The notes below the pieces were generated by a model. The model worked only from the letters and a program-made list of their open reading frames with translations, did not search any database and was not told the DNA's origin. A DNA stretch of 64,000 nt from Bacillota bacterium. GTDB taxonomy: Bacteria; Bacillota; DTU025. The translations under genes and the position numbers were made by a program. Shown piece after piece: positions 1-10,642 of this stretch (its first letter is position 1; every line of letters begins with the position of its first letter). Location: assembly GCA_050951805.1 (NCBI GenBank), contig JBMNJT010000002.1, forward strand, positions 896,001 to 960,000, written 5' to 3'.

Positions 1-11
1 CTTGACAATGT

Positions 12-33
12 GGCGCTCCGGAGCGCCTTTTTC
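12..33 (+). terminator. Hairpin plus T-tract upstream of the sugar permease (terminator or intercistronic stem)
   Basis: GGCGCTCCGGAGCGCC palindrome followed by TTTTTT. Confidence 0.55.
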
Positions 34-65
34 TCAGAGCAAGATGTCAGTTGGGAGGTGGCGCT

Positions 66-938
66 ATGGGTCAGACGCGTGGTAGAACGCTTTTTTTCAT
101 TCCGGCCCTGGCATTGTTGGCTCTTTTTGTCGTTTATCCAGTAGCAAACACGATATGGTTGAGTTTTTTCACGCCGGAAGGCGAATTCGCATTCTTCAAG
201 AATTATGCGGATGTCCTCTCTCAGCCGGAGATATTCGACCCGCGAGGGTTCGAACGGGGCTTCCCTTATGGGGCGTTGATTCACAACGTCATATGGATAG
301 TGTTACACCTGCCCCTTACCGTGATATTGGGGTTGGTATTCGCAGTCATTCTCAGAGATATCAAGGGTGGAGCCATAGTCAAGTCAATAGTCTTTCTTGG
401 AATGGTCACCCCCATGGTTGTGGGAGGCATAATCTTGAGATTCCTTTTTGATGGGAATGTCGGAATCATCCCATCAGTACTGGCCCTTTTCGGTTTTGCG
501 CCGCGAACTCTCACAGCCTATCCGGATACCGCTCTCTTTTCCCTTATAGCCGGGTCGCTTTGGCTGTGGACTCCGTTCAGCATGGTGCTTTATTCGGCAG
601 GCCTGGAGACTATACCTGACTTTGTGTATGAAGCCGCAGTGATAGACGGTGCTTCGCCTTGGAGGATATTTTTCAATATCACTGTGCCTTTGCTCAAACC
701 AGTCACCGGTGTCGTGGTTACCATGACATTCCTGTGGGTTCTCAAGATCTTTGATATCGTTTTCGTTGCTACCATGGGAGGACCGGGAGGGGCGTCGAAC
801 GTGCTGGCGTTGCAGATGTACATGTATGCCTTCCGTGAGTTCAATCCGAATGCCGCGGCCGTTGTGGCGACGTTCCTCATGATTGTAGCTCTTGTGGTGT
901 CCATACCTACTTTCAAGGCTGCAGGGGGTGAAGAATGA
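66..938 (+). CDS. Carbohydrate ABC transporter permease (MalF-like)
   Basis: Multiple TM helices; EAA motif YEAAVIDGASPWRIFFNITVPLLKP; GGAGG RBS before ATG 66. Confidence 0.92.
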   Translation: MGQTRGRTLFFIPALALLALFVVYPVANTIWLSFFTPEGEFAFFKNYADVLSQPEIFDPRGFERGFPYGALIHNVIWIVLHLPLTVILGLVFAVILRDIKGGAIVKSIVFLGMVTPMVVGGIILRFLFDGNVGIIPSVLALFGFAPRTLTAYPDTALFSLIAGSLWLWTPFSMVLYSAGLETIPDFVYEAAVIDGASPWRIFFNITVPLLKPVTGVVVTMTFLWVLKIFDIVFVATMGGPGGASNVLALQMYMYAFREFNPNAAAVVATFLMIVALVVSIPTFKAAGGEE

Positions 939-1780
939 TGAGAACCGTAGGATGCAGCAGTGGGCACAAAGTGATTACGTATGTGGCTGCTGGGCTCATA
1001 GCGCTCATATGGCTTATCCCTTTTTTGGGAGTCTTCATGGCCTCAATAAGGCCTTTGTCGGAGATAAACAGGGGATGGTGGAGGTTTGATTCGTTCACTC
1101 CAACCTTCAAAAACTATGTAGGCGCTTGGAATCATCCTGCAGCTCCGATTTCTGAGGGCATGCTTAACTCACTCAAGGTGGCGATTCCTGCCACTATCAT
1201 ACCTGTATTTGTAGCGTCGATCGCGGCATATGGATTTGCGCGTTTCAAATTCCGGGGGAGAGATCAGCTCTTCATTCTAGTCGTAGCGCTGATGACTTTG
1301 CCGCAGCAGATGATAGCGGTGCCGATGTTCCAGATGATGAACAAGCTTGGCGCGGTTGATTCGTATTCAGGCCTAATTCTGGTCCACTCGGCTTGGGGAA
1401 TTCCATGGGCCCTCTACTTCATGAGAAATTACTTTACCACGCTGCCCATTGAAGTGGAGGAAGCTGCGAAGGTGGATGGGGCATCAGATTGGAGGATCTT
1501 CTTCCAGATCATCATGCCCATGGCGCTTCCCGCCATCGCCTCGGCGGCGGTATTGCAGTTCATGTGGGTATGGAGCGATTTCTTTCTTGCGTTGATCCTC
1601 ATCTATTCGCCTGCGAAACTCCTTGCTACACAACGTGTGCCACTGCTTCGCGGGATCTACCATGTGGACTGGGGCATTCTAGCTGCAGGCAGCATAATCG
1701 TGATGGCTGTTCCTATTATTGTCTTCGCCGTCATGCAGAGATATTACATCAGAGGCATGGTCGGCTGGGTGTCAAAATGA
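935..1780 (+). CDS. Carbohydrate ABC transporter permease (MalG-like)
   Basis: EEAAKVDGASDWRIFFQIIMP; AAYGFARFKFRGR; ATGA overlap with upstream gene. Confidence 0.92.
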   Translation: MMRTVGCSSGHKVITYVAAGLIALIWLIPFLGVFMASIRPLSEINRGWWRFDSFTPTFKNYVGAWNHPAAPISEGMLNSLKVAIPATIIPVFVASIAAYGFARFKFRGRDQLFILVVALMTLPQQMIAVPMFQMMNKLGAVDSYSGLILVHSAWGIPWALYFMRNYFTTLPIEVEEAAKVDGASDWRIFFQIIMPMALPAIASAAVLQFMWVWSDFFLALILIYSPAKLLATQRVPLLRGIYHVDWGILAAGSIIVMAVPIIVFAVMQRYYIRGMVGWVSK

Positions 1781-1815
1781 CAGATTGTGATTACTAGGCT
1801 ATGGGAGGGCAATGT

Positions 1816-3072
1816 ATGTTCCGCAAAGTCGATTTCTTGGAAAAATCCCTTGACGACCATGCGCCATATGCAGGAGAAGACAGGATTGCCGAGATCAGAC
1901 GTCTTGCTGAAGACCTCGGCAGCCTGCGGGTGCTTCATGTAAATTCTACTTCTTACGGGGGAGGTGTGGCCGAACTTCTTTACACCATAGTCCCGCTGAT
2001 GCGCGATGCCGGACTTGACGCTGAGTGGCATGTGATCGATGGCGCGCCTGACCAGTTCTTTGATATCACAAAGAAGATACACAACTCCTTGCAAGGGGCA
2101 AACACTCCGCTGAGCGATGGCGAGTGGCGACTGTACGAGGACATAAACAGGGAGTTGGCCGAGGCATTCCCCAGAGGCCCTTGGGACATAGTAGTGGTCC
2201 ATGATCCCCAACCCTTGGCTGTGTTGACCTTCCTGGATTTGATTTCCGAATCAGATCGCCCCGTTGTTGGCAGGTGGTTTTGGCGATGCCACATCGACCT
2301 GTCAACGCCATTGGAAGAGACGTGGCAGAAGCTCTGGCCATACGTGAATGCATATGATGGAGCGATCGTTACGAGCCGGCAATACGCGCGGGACGAGATG
2401 ACGCTTCCGGTTGCTGAGATAACTCCGTCCACGGATCCCACTAGCCCAAAGAATTTCCCTATTCCAGAGGGCGAAGCAAGGAAAATGATGGGCTCATTTG
2501 GCGTAGATCCTGCTAGACCCATCATTGTGCAGGTATCAAGGTTTGATCCTTGGAAGGATCCGTTTGGCGTGGTGGAAGCGTATCGAATGCTCAAGGGAAA
2601 ATGGCCTGAGCTCCAACTTGCAATGGTCGGTTCTATCGCTGCCGACGACCCCGAAGGCATCGGAATACTTGCACACTTGAAAGAGGAGGCGGTTGGGGAC
2701 AGGAACATACATGTGCTGTCGAATGAGGACGGTGTCGGCGCGCGGGAGGTGGCTGCATTCCAGCAATGCGCAGATGTGGTCATACAAAAGTCTATCCGCG
2801 AGGGGTTTGGCCTTACGATAACTGAGGCTATGTGGAAGCGACGACCTGTTGTCGCAGGCAATGCCACTGGATGCAAGATTCAGATAACCGACGGCATGGA
2901 TGGTTTTATAGTTGGGACTACTCAGCAGTGCGCTGAAAGGATTGATGAGATACTGTCCGATCCGGACCTTGGGGCCAGGCTTGGTGACGCGGCTCGGGAA
3001 ACAGTGAGGCGAAGGTTTCTTTCAACGCAGCACGTTGCGAACTACCTGAACCTTTTCGCTGGTTGCCAATAA
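1816..3072 (+). CDS. treT: GT4 glycosyltransferase, trehalose synthase TreT-like
   Basis: HVNSTSYGGGVAELL, VHDPQP, WRCHIDLS, QVSRFDPWKDP, EGFGLTITEAMWK motifs; follows sugar ABC genes. Confidence 0.85.
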   Translation: MFRKVDFLEKSLDDHAPYAGEDRIAEIRRLAEDLGSLRVLHVNSTSYGGGVAELLYTIVPLMRDAGLDAEWHVIDGAPDQFFDITKKIHNSLQGANTPLSDGEWRLYEDINRELAEAFPRGPWDIVVVHDPQPLAVLTFLDLISESDRPVVGRWFWRCHIDLSTPLEETWQKLWPYVNAYDGAIVTSRQYARDEMTLPVAEITPSTDPTSPKNFPIPEGEARKMMGSFGVDPARPIIVQVSRFDPWKDPFGVVEAYRMLKGKWPELQLAMVGSIAADDPEGIGILAHLKEEAVGDRNIHVLSNEDGVGAREVAAFQQCADVVIQKSIREGFGLTITEAMWKRRPVVAGNATGCKIQITDGMDGFIVGTTQQCAERIDEILSDPDLGARLGDAARETVRRRFLSTQHVANYLNLFAGCQ

Positions 3073-3697
3073 CCGGCCACATGTTTTGGTCAGAAGCCGT
3101 TGTTTAATTGCGTATGCTGCTCCAGGGTGATGATGTTGCGATGCTTTTCAATCTTGCCTGTGCATACCTTTGGTGCAATGTTCATTCAGCTCGAAACGTG
3201 CTGATCAGACATCTTACAGGCGCCACTGGCCAGATGCTGCAAGGGAGGTTGGTTAGGTCCGTTATATCCCCAACTGTTGTTTTATAGTCTCTTAGTAGGA
3301 CTCGACAAGTTTCTACACGATGCCGATGTCTGTGCTGCCTGCGGTTGAAACTTGGATCACTCGATCTGGACAAGATGCTGCTTGTGATCGCTCAAGTATG
3401 CGACATGAAGCGTTTGAGCGCTCCCTGAAGCTACGCCGGATAGCAAATCGAAATTCAACAGTCATGCAAACGCCGCCGGAAGGCGGCTCGAGGGGTTTCA
3501 AGCTGTTTGGGTTTGGATGGGGGGGTACGTAGTTCGTGCGGAATGGTCCAATGCTAATTCTGAAGCATGCTGTTGTGGAAATTCAAGAAGGTCATGTGAT
3601 GATGATAATGACAGCGGTTGCTTCAGCATAAGAGTTTCAGACTGAGCGTGGAGAATTCAAAAACAGAAATTGCAGCCGCATTTTGTGCCGCCCCGCG

Positions 3698-3754
3698 AAA
3701 AGAACGCCTGACAGCTCGGACGCTGCAGATCCTCCGACTGATCAGGCGCTCTTT
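3698..3754. terminator. Long imperfect stem-loop at the 3' end of pckA
   Basis: AAAGAACGCCTGA...TCAGGCGCTCTTT arms. Confidence 0.5.
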
Positions 3755-3778
3755 GTATGGCTGCACGAACCTCTCAGG

Positions 3779-5368
3779 TTACGCTTTTGGACCCGCAGAC
3801 GCTATTTCCGGCGATACATCATGGAATTTCCCAAAGTTCTTGTTAAACCGCGCCGCCAATCCTAATGCTGCTCGGTCATAGGCTTCCGCATCCTGCCATA
3901 GGCTCTTGGGGTCGAGTATGTCTGATGGCACTCCAGGACATTCCTTGGGCATCATCAGTTTGAAGATTGGATGAGCTCTATAGGATACGTGGTCCAAGGC
4001 TCCGCTGAGTGCGGCCGAAACCATTGCCCTAGTATGTTTGAGGCTTACGCGCCTGCCTACGCCGTATTGGCCGCCTATCCAACCGGTGTTTACCATGTAC
4101 ACGCTCGAGTTGTTCTGGGTGAGCTTATCGCCGAGCATTGAGGCATACACCATGGGTGGAAGGGGCATGAACGGAGCCCCGAAACATGAAGAGAACGTGG
4201 CTTCCGGTTCTACAATGCCGCGCTCGGTGCCTGCAAGCTTGCTTGTGTAACCCGACAGGAAGTAATACATGGCCTGGTTGGCGTCGAGCTTTGAGATTAG
4301 GGGCATGACGCCGAAAGCATCTGCCGTGAGGAAGATTATCGTTGAAGGATGATCTCCCATGCTTGGCTCGGCTGCGCTGGGCATGTGGTATATGGGATAT
4401 GCTGCGCGGGTGTTTTCAGTTATCGTGTCGTCGTCGTAGTCGGGAATGCGAGTCTTGGGGTCAACAACGACGTTTTCCAGGACAGTCCCAAACCGTATTG
4501 CGTCCCATATCTGCGGCTCATGCTCCCGCGAAAGGTTGATGCACTTGGCGTAGCAGCCGCCTTCTATGTTGAAGACTCCGTGTTTGCTCCAACCATGCTC
4601 GTCGTCGCCTATCAACTGCCTGTCAGGATCCGCTGACAGGGTAGTTTTTCCTGTACCTGAAAGGCCGAAGAAGAGGGCGCTACGTCCGTCGGGCCCAATG
4701 TTGGCAGAGCAGTGCATTGGAAGTACGTCCGCCTTTGGCATTACGTAGTTCATGACAGAAAAGACGGATTTCTTCATTTCGCCAGCATAACTCGTGCCTC
4801 CAATGATCACTACCCGCTTGGAGAAATTGATGATCACGAAAGCTTCTGAGTTTGTCCCGTCCATTTCAGGGTCGGCCTTGAATCCCGGAGCCGCTATTAC
4901 CGTGAACTCGGGCTTGTGTGATTTGAGTTGATCATCTGTCGGGCGTACAAAAAGTTGATGCGCAAAGAGATTTTGCCATGCGAACTCGTTGACCACGCGT
5001 ATTGGCAGTTCGTAAAGGGGATCGGTCCCTGCATAGCCGTCAAATATGAAGAGGTCGCGTCCTTGCAAGTAGGCGGCGAGACGTGCGTATAGCCTGATGA
5101 AGTTCTCTTCTGACATCGGCTTGTTGATCGGTCCCCAGTCGACGGTGGAGTGGGTTTCCGTATCGTCAACGATGAACTTGTCGTCAGGTGAACGCCCTGT
5201 ATACTTGCCTGTAACAACGCGCAGTGCTCCAGTGGACGTCAGTATACCTTCACCGCGAGCGAGCGCTTCTTCGGCAAGCTGTGGCGCGGAGAGATTATGA
5301 TGAACTAGTCCTGTATTGACCAGACCGATCGATCGAAGTTCTGAGATGATGTCCGTCACTATGCTCAC
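3779..5368 (-). CDS. pckA: Phosphoenolpyruvate carboxykinase (ATP)
   Basis: [55 protein letters not shown]. Confidence 0.97.
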   Translation of the reverse strand: MSIVTDIISELRSIGLVNTGLVHHNLSAPQLAEEALARGEGILTSTGALRVVTGKYTGRSPDDKFIVDDTETHSTVDWGPINKPMSEENFIRLYARLAAYLQGRDLFIFDGYAGTDPLYELPIRVVNEFAWQNLFAHQLFVRPTDDQLKSHKPEFTVIAAPGFKADPEMDGTNSEAFVIINFSKRVVIIGGTSYAGEMKKSVFSVMNYVMPKADVLPMHCSANIGPDGRSALFFGLSGTGKTTLSADPDRQLIGDDEHGWSKHGVFNIEGGCYAKCINLSREHEPQIWDAIRFGTVLENVVVDPKTRIPDYDDDTITENTRAAYPIYHMPSAAEPSMGDHPSTIIFLTADAFGVMPLISKLDANQAMYYFLSGYTSKLAGTERGIVEPEATFSSCFGAPFMPLPPMVYASMLGDKLTQNNSSVYMVNTGWIGGQYGVGRRVSLKHTRAMVSAALSGALDHVSYRAHPIFKLMMPKECPGVPSDILDPKSLWQDAEAYDRAALGLAARFNKNFGKFHDVSPEIASAGPKA

Positions 5369-5604
5369 TTCCTGTTGCTAAAGTTGTTCATAGATTACCA
5401 CACCGAGTCGTCTGTCAGAAGTACTCGAATACGCGTCGGCCTTCTGCGGTTGGTCCCATTGAGGGACGGTGCTCGCCGTAGAGGGTTTGGAGTGGGCCGC
5501 CTATGAAGAGGCCGCCCTCGACGTGGGGCGGCACAACATAGGATATCGATCTTTTGCAGCGCGCCTCTTCACTGACGGTCATGCCATGCGTATGTTGCTC
5601 AAAA

Positions 5605-6177
5605 CTACCAGACTTTGCGGCGGTCGAGGAAATCCTGGACGATGTTGAGAGTCTCTCCGAATCTTTGAAAATGGACTACCTCGCGTTCACGCAGGAACCG
5701 CAAGACATCTGTTACTTGTGGATCGTCTGACAGATTAATCAAGTGTTCATAGGTTGCCCTGGCTTTTTCTTCAGCTGCCATATTATCATGCAGATCAGCT
5801 ATGGGGTCGCCCTTGGATTGGATGTAAGCGGCTACCCATGGGACTCCGTCTCCATTGACGAAGTAGACTGAACGGTCATGGTCTGCATAATAACCATCCA
5901 TCCCGGCTGCTTTGATCTCGCTGAGTGGAGCGCCCTTCAAAAGATTATACACTAGCGCTGCGACTATTTCCATATGCGCCAACTCTTCAGTGCCAATATC
6001 TGTAAGAACGCCCTTGGCCTGAGAAGTGGGCATTGTGTATCGTTGTGTTAGATAGCGCAGGGAAGCGGCTAGCTCTCCATCAGGGCCGCCATACTGGGTG
6101 ACCACAACCTTGGCTAGCTTGGGGTTCGGCCCGCTCACCTTGACGGGGTATTCCAGTTTCTTCTCATATGCCCACAT
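5605..6177 (-). CDS. cotJC: Spore coat Mn-catalase family protein CotJC
   Basis: QYGGPDGELAASLRYLTQRY, DIGTEELAHMEI, REREVVHFQRFGE. Confidence 0.95.
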   Translation of the reverse strand: MWAYEKKLEYPVKVSGPNPKLAKVVVTQYGGPDGELAASLRYLTQRYTMPTSQAKGVLTDIGTEELAHMEIVAALVYNLLKGAPLSEIKAAGMDGYYADHDRSVYFVNGDGVPWVAAYIQSKGDPIADLHDNMAAEEKARATYEHLINLSDDPQVTDVLRFLREREVVHFQRFGETLNIVQDFLDRRKVW

Positions 6178-6211
6178 TCCTATATCCTCCCCGTTTCATA
6201 TCTAGTCTTGC

Positions 6212-6469
6212 CTATGCTTCCCACGGCCACGGTTCGTCGATCCATGCCCATCGGCCGCAAGATAGCGAATGTCCGTAGTTCATAAGCGGACCGAAAGCCT
6301 GCTCGTAAGCCGTGCGCGTTTGGGCAAGAGCTGCGGATATCTGATTGAAGTCCGCTAGTGCTCTGGCATCTCCAGGATGGGTGTTGAGGTAAAGATTGAG
6401 ATCTAGTGCGGCGAATTCCAGAGCTTGAATGCGCAGAAGGAGTTCTTCGCGGTTGATCGGGGTTCGCAT
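6212..6469 (-). CDS. cotJB: Spore coat protein CotJB
   Basis: LDLNLYLNTHP, YEQAFGPL, WAWIDEPWPWE. Confidence 0.93.
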   Translation of the reverse strand: MRTPINREELLLRIQALEFAALDLNLYLNTHPGDARALADFNQISAALAQTRTAYEQAFGPLMNYGHSLSCGRWAWIDEPWPWEA

Positions 6470-6657
6470 TATCCTAACGCCTCCTCATGGCTGCGCGATG
6501 TCTCGGCAGGAGGCGTATAGGGCGACACTAGTTCGGGGAAGATGGTGCCATTCTTGAGGCCTTCTAACGGGTCGAAGCGTTGTGTGTATCTTTGAGGGCG
6601 CACATAGGCGCGAGCAAGTTTCATCGCTTGGGCCCATTCTAGACTATCTTGGCTCAT
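6469..6657 (-). CDS. cotJA: Spore coat protein CotJA
   Basis: LARAYVRPQRY...EGLKNGTIFPELVSPY; synteny with cotJB and cotJC. Confidence 0.9.
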   Translation of the reverse strand: MSQDSLEWAQAMKLARAYVRPQRYTQRFDPLEGLKNGTIFPELVSPYTPPAETSRSHEEALG

Positions 6658-6673
6658 TTTACTTTCCTCCCTG

Positions 6674-6706
6674 ATTGCGTATGCGAATGCTCAGTCCATA
6701 TTATTC
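6674..6706 (-). promoter_or_regulatory. Sigma-E-like promoter of cotJ
   Basis: Minus strand GAATAATATggactgagcattcgCATACGCAAT; cotJ is sigma-E dependent in Bacillus subtilis. Confidence 0.5.
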
Positions 6707-6775
6707 AGGAGCTTTTCCGAGGGTATGATGCGACGCGCACATTTGATCCAGTTCGTGCTGGTGGAATCAATGCGT

Positions 6776-6802
6776 GAAGGAATCGCCGCATACAAGGTGA
6801 AT
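6776..6802 (+). promoter_or_regulatory. Sigma-H-like promoter
   Basis: gaAGGA-N17-GAAT about 35 bp before ATG 6836. Confidence 0.5.
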
Positions 6803-6835
6803 CATCTCGTTAGATGCTACGGGAGGGTGGTAGAG

Positions 6836-7720
6836 ATGATTAGGACTAACAGAGACAGGCTTGTAATGGTTTCGGTTCAGGGCGCTGTGGCGCCCCATGT
6901 GAGGAAACAGGCCTTCCGCATTGATGCCGATGGGGTTCCATTTGTTCTTCCTGGAGTTGGAGGAATCACGTACAATGTCAGGGTGGGTGATCCTGCATTC
7001 GGTTGGGCAGGTGACCATGTTGAACCAGGTGTCTCAACAGCTGCGGATTATGACAAGCGGGGAGATGAAAAGAACCGGGCTTATAATATCCTTGCATGCA
7101 TAGGGAATAAGGCTCGCGTGATAAGCGGGGACGCTAAGGGGGCGGAAGGGGTTGTAACCGGTCATCACGGAGGCATCGAACACGTGTTGGTGGACTTTGA
7201 TGATGATGCCATGGAGAAACTGGCTATAGATGACAAGATCCTGATCCGAGCTTACGGGCAGGGCCTTGAGTTGCTCGATTATCCGGAAATCAGAGTATTC
7301 AATGTAGATCCTGATCTGCTAGATCTGATTGGCCTTGAGCAAGATGGCACCCGCATCCGTGTGGGAGTTGCGGCTGTAGTGCCGGCGGTGCTGATGGGTT
7401 CGGGGATAGGATCTGCGGACGTGGCGTCCGGCGACTACGACATTACTACCACCGACAAGGCCGAGATCTCGCGGCTTGGTATTGATAAGCTGCGCTTTGG
7501 CGATATCGTAGCTCTGCAGGATTGTGATAACCTCTACGGACGGAGCTACCGGCAAGGCGCCGTAAGTATTGGTGTGGTGGTACACTCCGATTGTCGCGTG
7601 GCAGGGCACGGCCCTGGTGTGGCCACCATTATGACGTCGGCTAAGCCCACAATTGAACCGGTGATAGATGATTCGGCCAATATCGGCCGTTATCTGAATA
7701 TTGGAAGATACAGAAAATAA
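6836..7720 (+). CDS. DUF4438 family protein
   Basis: MIRTNRDRLV, PGVGGITYNVRVGD, GDHVEPGVS, ACIGN, HGGIEHV, GHGPGV; GGAGG RBS. Confidence 0.8.
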   Translation: MIRTNRDRLVMVSVQGAVAPHVRKQAFRIDADGVPFVLPGVGGITYNVRVGDPAFGWAGDHVEPGVSTAADYDKRGDEKNRAYNILACIGNKARVISGDAKGAEGVVTGHHGGIEHVLVDFDDDAMEKLAIDDKILIRAYGQGLELLDYPEIRVFNVDPDLLDLIGLEQDGTRIRVGVAAVVPAVLMGSGIGSADVASGDYDITTTDKAEISRLGIDKLRFGDIVALQDCDNLYGRSYRQGAVSIGVVVHSDCRVAGHGPGVATIMTSAKPTIEPVIDDSANIGRYLNIGRYRK

Positions 7721-7815
7721 CGTTGCTCGGGAGAGACGGCCCGGCATGTCAACTCGGAAATCGGGAGTGAGCGCGCCGAGCCGCTACTATTTATTGGCTG
7801 GGGGGGAAGGTAAAG

Positions 7816-8856
7816 GTGGGAGTTTCAGCTGTAGGAAAGCTTCCCAAGGTAGAACTACACAGACATCTTGAGGGTGCTGTGCGGCCGGCCACTGCTCTAG
7901 ATCTTTTCCGCAAGAACTGCGGGATGTTTCTGGACGCGTCAGTCGACGATATCCTGCCCAAGATGCAGATAACTGAGGCCGACAGCTCTCTTCAGGATTT
8001 TTTGGCCAAATTCGACTTCTTCATGCCGTGCCTTCGTTCCGCAGAGGACATAACCCGAATAACTGTCGAGGCCATACAGGACTGCGCTGCTGAAGGAATA
8101 ATCTACGCAGAACTGCGATTCTCGCCCGTCTTCATCAAGGGGCTGACCGGACTTTCATATGTGGATGCGGTAGAGGCTGTTCTGGAGGGAGCGCGCATTG
8201 CGGCGGATTGTGGCCCGATTGTGAACTTCATTGTGATAATTCCTCAGCCTGCCGGGGAGAAAGCTGGCTGGGATAGTGTCAGGATTGCCCGTGACTACAT
8301 GGCTGATGGAATTACCGGCGTGGATATTGCAGATGACACAAGAGTGCTTGGCCTTGAGGAGTATGTGCGGCCTATGACATGGGCGCGAGCTAACGGACTG
8401 GGCGTCACGGTCCATGCAGGAGAATCAGAAGGGCCCGAGTCAGTGCGAACGGCTGTGGAGAGATTAGGGGCAACAAGGATAGGGCATGGCGTCAGAGCCA
8501 TAGAGGATGATGCTGTTGTCTCACTTTTAGCTGAAAAAGGGGTTCTTCTGGAGATCTGCCCCACCAGCAATGTGCACACCGGGATTTATGCTTCCGTCAA
8601 AGAGCATCCGCTGCCTGAACTCATCAAAAAGGGTGTTGCAGTGTGTATAAACACTGATGACCCCAAAATTTCCGGGATCACTTTGGTGGATGAGTATGAA
8701 CTGGCCAACGAGGTTTTGGGGTTGAGCGAATCCGAAATAGAGGACATGAACTTTAAAGCAATCGCGGCGGCTTTTGCAGATGATCGACAACGCGCAAGAG
8801 TGCGTTCCATTCTGGAGGGTGTCGCAAATTGTCATCGCAACAACAATCAGAACTAG
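7816..8856 (+). CDS. add: Adenosine deaminase
   Basis: LPKVELHRHLEG, YAELRFSP, HAGE, RIGHGV, EICPTSN, NTDDP. Confidence 0.92.
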   Translation: MGVSAVGKLPKVELHRHLEGAVRPATALDLFRKNCGMFLDASVDDILPKMQITEADSSLQDFLAKFDFFMPCLRSAEDITRITVEAIQDCAAEGIIYAELRFSPVFIKGLTGLSYVDAVEAVLEGARIAADCGPIVNFIVIIPQPAGEKAGWDSVRIARDYMADGITGVDIADDTRVLGLEEYVRPMTWARANGLGVTVHAGESEGPESVRTAVERLGATRIGHGVRAIEDDAVVSLLAEKGVLLEICPTSNVHTGIYASVKEHPLPELIKKGVAVCINTDDPKISGITLVDEYELANEVLGLSESEIEDMNFKAIAAAFADDRQRARVRSILEGVANCHRNNNQN

Positions 8857-10136
8857 AGTTTGACCCGAAACCTGAAGACCGAAGCGTGGTTCGGCACAAC
8901 ATCAGGGTCAACAACATGCACGGAATATGGGAAAGCCTCGCGCTCAATCTATACAGCCCATTCCTCGGGTTGCTTGCGATAAGGCTGGGCGCGAGCAATT
9001 TTCAGGTTGCCCTGATAACGGCGCTTCCGGCGGCCGTGTCTTCCGTAGCGAGCCTTGCCGGGGCCGCATTTCTCCGGCTCTTTGAAAGAAAGAAATCTGC
9101 GGCATGCTGGCTGATAATGGCCAATAGGGCATTCTTGCTCGCTATCGCCGCGCTTCCGCTTATCCCGCAGGAAAAACAGGCCTGGGTTTTTGTGGGTTTG
9201 GTGGCATTGATGAACGTGCCGGGCGCCATCAGCCACATAGCGTGGCAGAGTCTGGTGGCCGATACTATTCCCAAAGAATACAGGGGAGATGCGTTTGCGG
9301 AGAGAAGCCGTTTGGTGACGGCTGTCGGCATTATACCCGCGCTTCTCGGCGGGTATCTATGCGATTCGATGTCTTTCCCTATCGGATATCAACTGGTTTT
9401 CGTGGCGGCGTTCTTGGTTTCCCTGGTGGAAGTCAGTGTCTTGAGCAAGTTCCGCGAGCCTAGAAGAGTAGGCAATCCGCCTGCGGCCGGCGGCGGATCG
9501 CTGGATCCAGAGGCTGGCCGGCCGACGCTTGCACAGGTTCTTGCCAATAGGGGGTATGTCAGCTTTACGCTGAAGGCGATGATTTTCTACTTGGGCTGGA
9601 TGATGTCGCAGCCGCTTTTTACCATTTACTATGTTAGGGTGCTTGAGTGCGGAAGCCTATGGGTTGCCGTATTTTCGGTAGTTGCCAGCATTGCGCGGTA
9701 CTTGTCATTTCCTAAGTGGAGCAGGCGTGCAGCGAAAAAGGGCAATGCATGGGCGCTTGCCGCAGCCACGGCGGGAATGGCCTTGACGCCTGTGATGGTT
9801 GCGATGTCTCCTTGGGCGTGGCTTGTGGCGGTCTTCAATGTGTCGATGGGCTACTTTACATCCGGGACCACGCTCCTCATGCTCAATACTTTGTTGGAGA
9901 TGGTTCCGGAGAAGAACAGGACTTCGTTTATTGCCTATCACAACAGTGCAGTGAATCTTTCATCATTCATCGGACCCATCGTTGGCAAGACCCTTGTCGA
10001 CTCGTTCGATATCTACTGGGCACTTGGCATCAGCGCGATGATAAGGGCAGCGGGAAGCATTGGCTTTTTCCTGCTGGCCCGGACACTTATGTCTGATAGG
10101 CGCCATGCAGGCGCGCGAGGAGGAGAGTCATTTTGA
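8829..10136 (+). CDS. MFS transporter
   Basis: About 12 hydrophobic segments in two halves; DTIPKEYRG and VPEKNRTSF loops. Confidence 0.88.
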   Translation: MSSQQQSELEFDPKPEDRSVVRHNIRVNNMHGIWESLALNLYSPFLGLLAIRLGASNFQVALITALPAAVSSVASLAGAAFLRLFERKKSAACWLIMANRAFLLAIAALPLIPQEKQAWVFVGLVALMNVPGAISHIAWQSLVADTIPKEYRGDAFAERSRLVTAVGIIPALLGGYLCDSMSFPIGYQLVFVAAFLVSLVEVSVLSKFREPRRVGNPPAAGGGSLDPEAGRPTLAQVLANRGYVSFTLKAMIFYLGWMMSQPLFTIYYVRVLECGSLWVAVFSVVASIARYLSFPKWSRRAAKKGNAWALAAATAGMALTPVMVAMSPWAWLVAVFNVSMGYFTSGTTLLMLNTLLEMVPEKNRTSFIAYHNSAVNLSSFIGPIVGKTLVDSFDIYWALGISAMIRAAGSIGFFLLARTLMSDRRHAGARGGESF

Positions 10137-10642
10137 GACCAAAGTCTAATGTGAGATACTATTGGATTTTCGCTGTGGTTTTGCTTGCTGGGTGTGCGCT
10201 TGCAAGTTGTTGGGGACGGAATGGGATGTCAGAGGCGAGTGCTGCAAGGTACGCATATCTCCCAGACTCGCTCAATGCCGATGCCGACGTATCGGTAGCC
10301 GAGTTTGCTGCAGTCAGATTCACTGCTTACTACAATTGCCCTGGAAATCTCACGTCAAGGCTAATGAGGCAGAGTGCTCGCTGTTTTTTAGGAACGAACT
10401 CGATTGACCTGTTTATTGATACTGTTACACAGGCCTACTGGAATACTCATGTAGCTGGTTCCAGGTTCTCTGTTGGCGATGATCAGGTAATCAAGGCATA
10501 CGCAGAAGCCGGTGATGTTGCAATGGACTGGCTGAGGCGGTTTTTCCCCGGCGTGGATGACAGGAATATGAGGATAATCTTCAGCATTAAGGGATATCAG
10601 ATAGGGGTGTACAGCTGCGGCGAATTCGTGATATCGAGATAA
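10133..10642 (+). CDS. Hypothetical exported protein, possible lipoprotein
   Basis: GAGGAG RBS; TTGA overlap with MFS gene; signal peptide with LAGC/LASC. Confidence 0.65.
   Translation: MRPKSNVRYYWIFAVVLLAGCALASCWGRNGMSEASAARYAYLPDSLNADADVSVAEFAAVRFTAYYNCPGNLTSRLMRQSARCFLGTNSIDLFIDTVTQAYWNTHVAGSRFSVGDDQVIKAYAEAGDVAMDWLRRFFPGVDDRNMRIIFSIKGYQIGVYSCGEFVISR

Noticed and set aside
5369-5604. Riboswitch in the pckA leader (GAAGAGG...CCTCTTC pairing, inner hairpin)
   Set aside because: No recognisable aptamer consensus; may just be the cotJ terminator. An Rfam scan would be needed.
7731-7750. GCCCGGCATGT resembling the intron 5' end
   Set aside because: Only 11 nt match, with no downstream intron domains.
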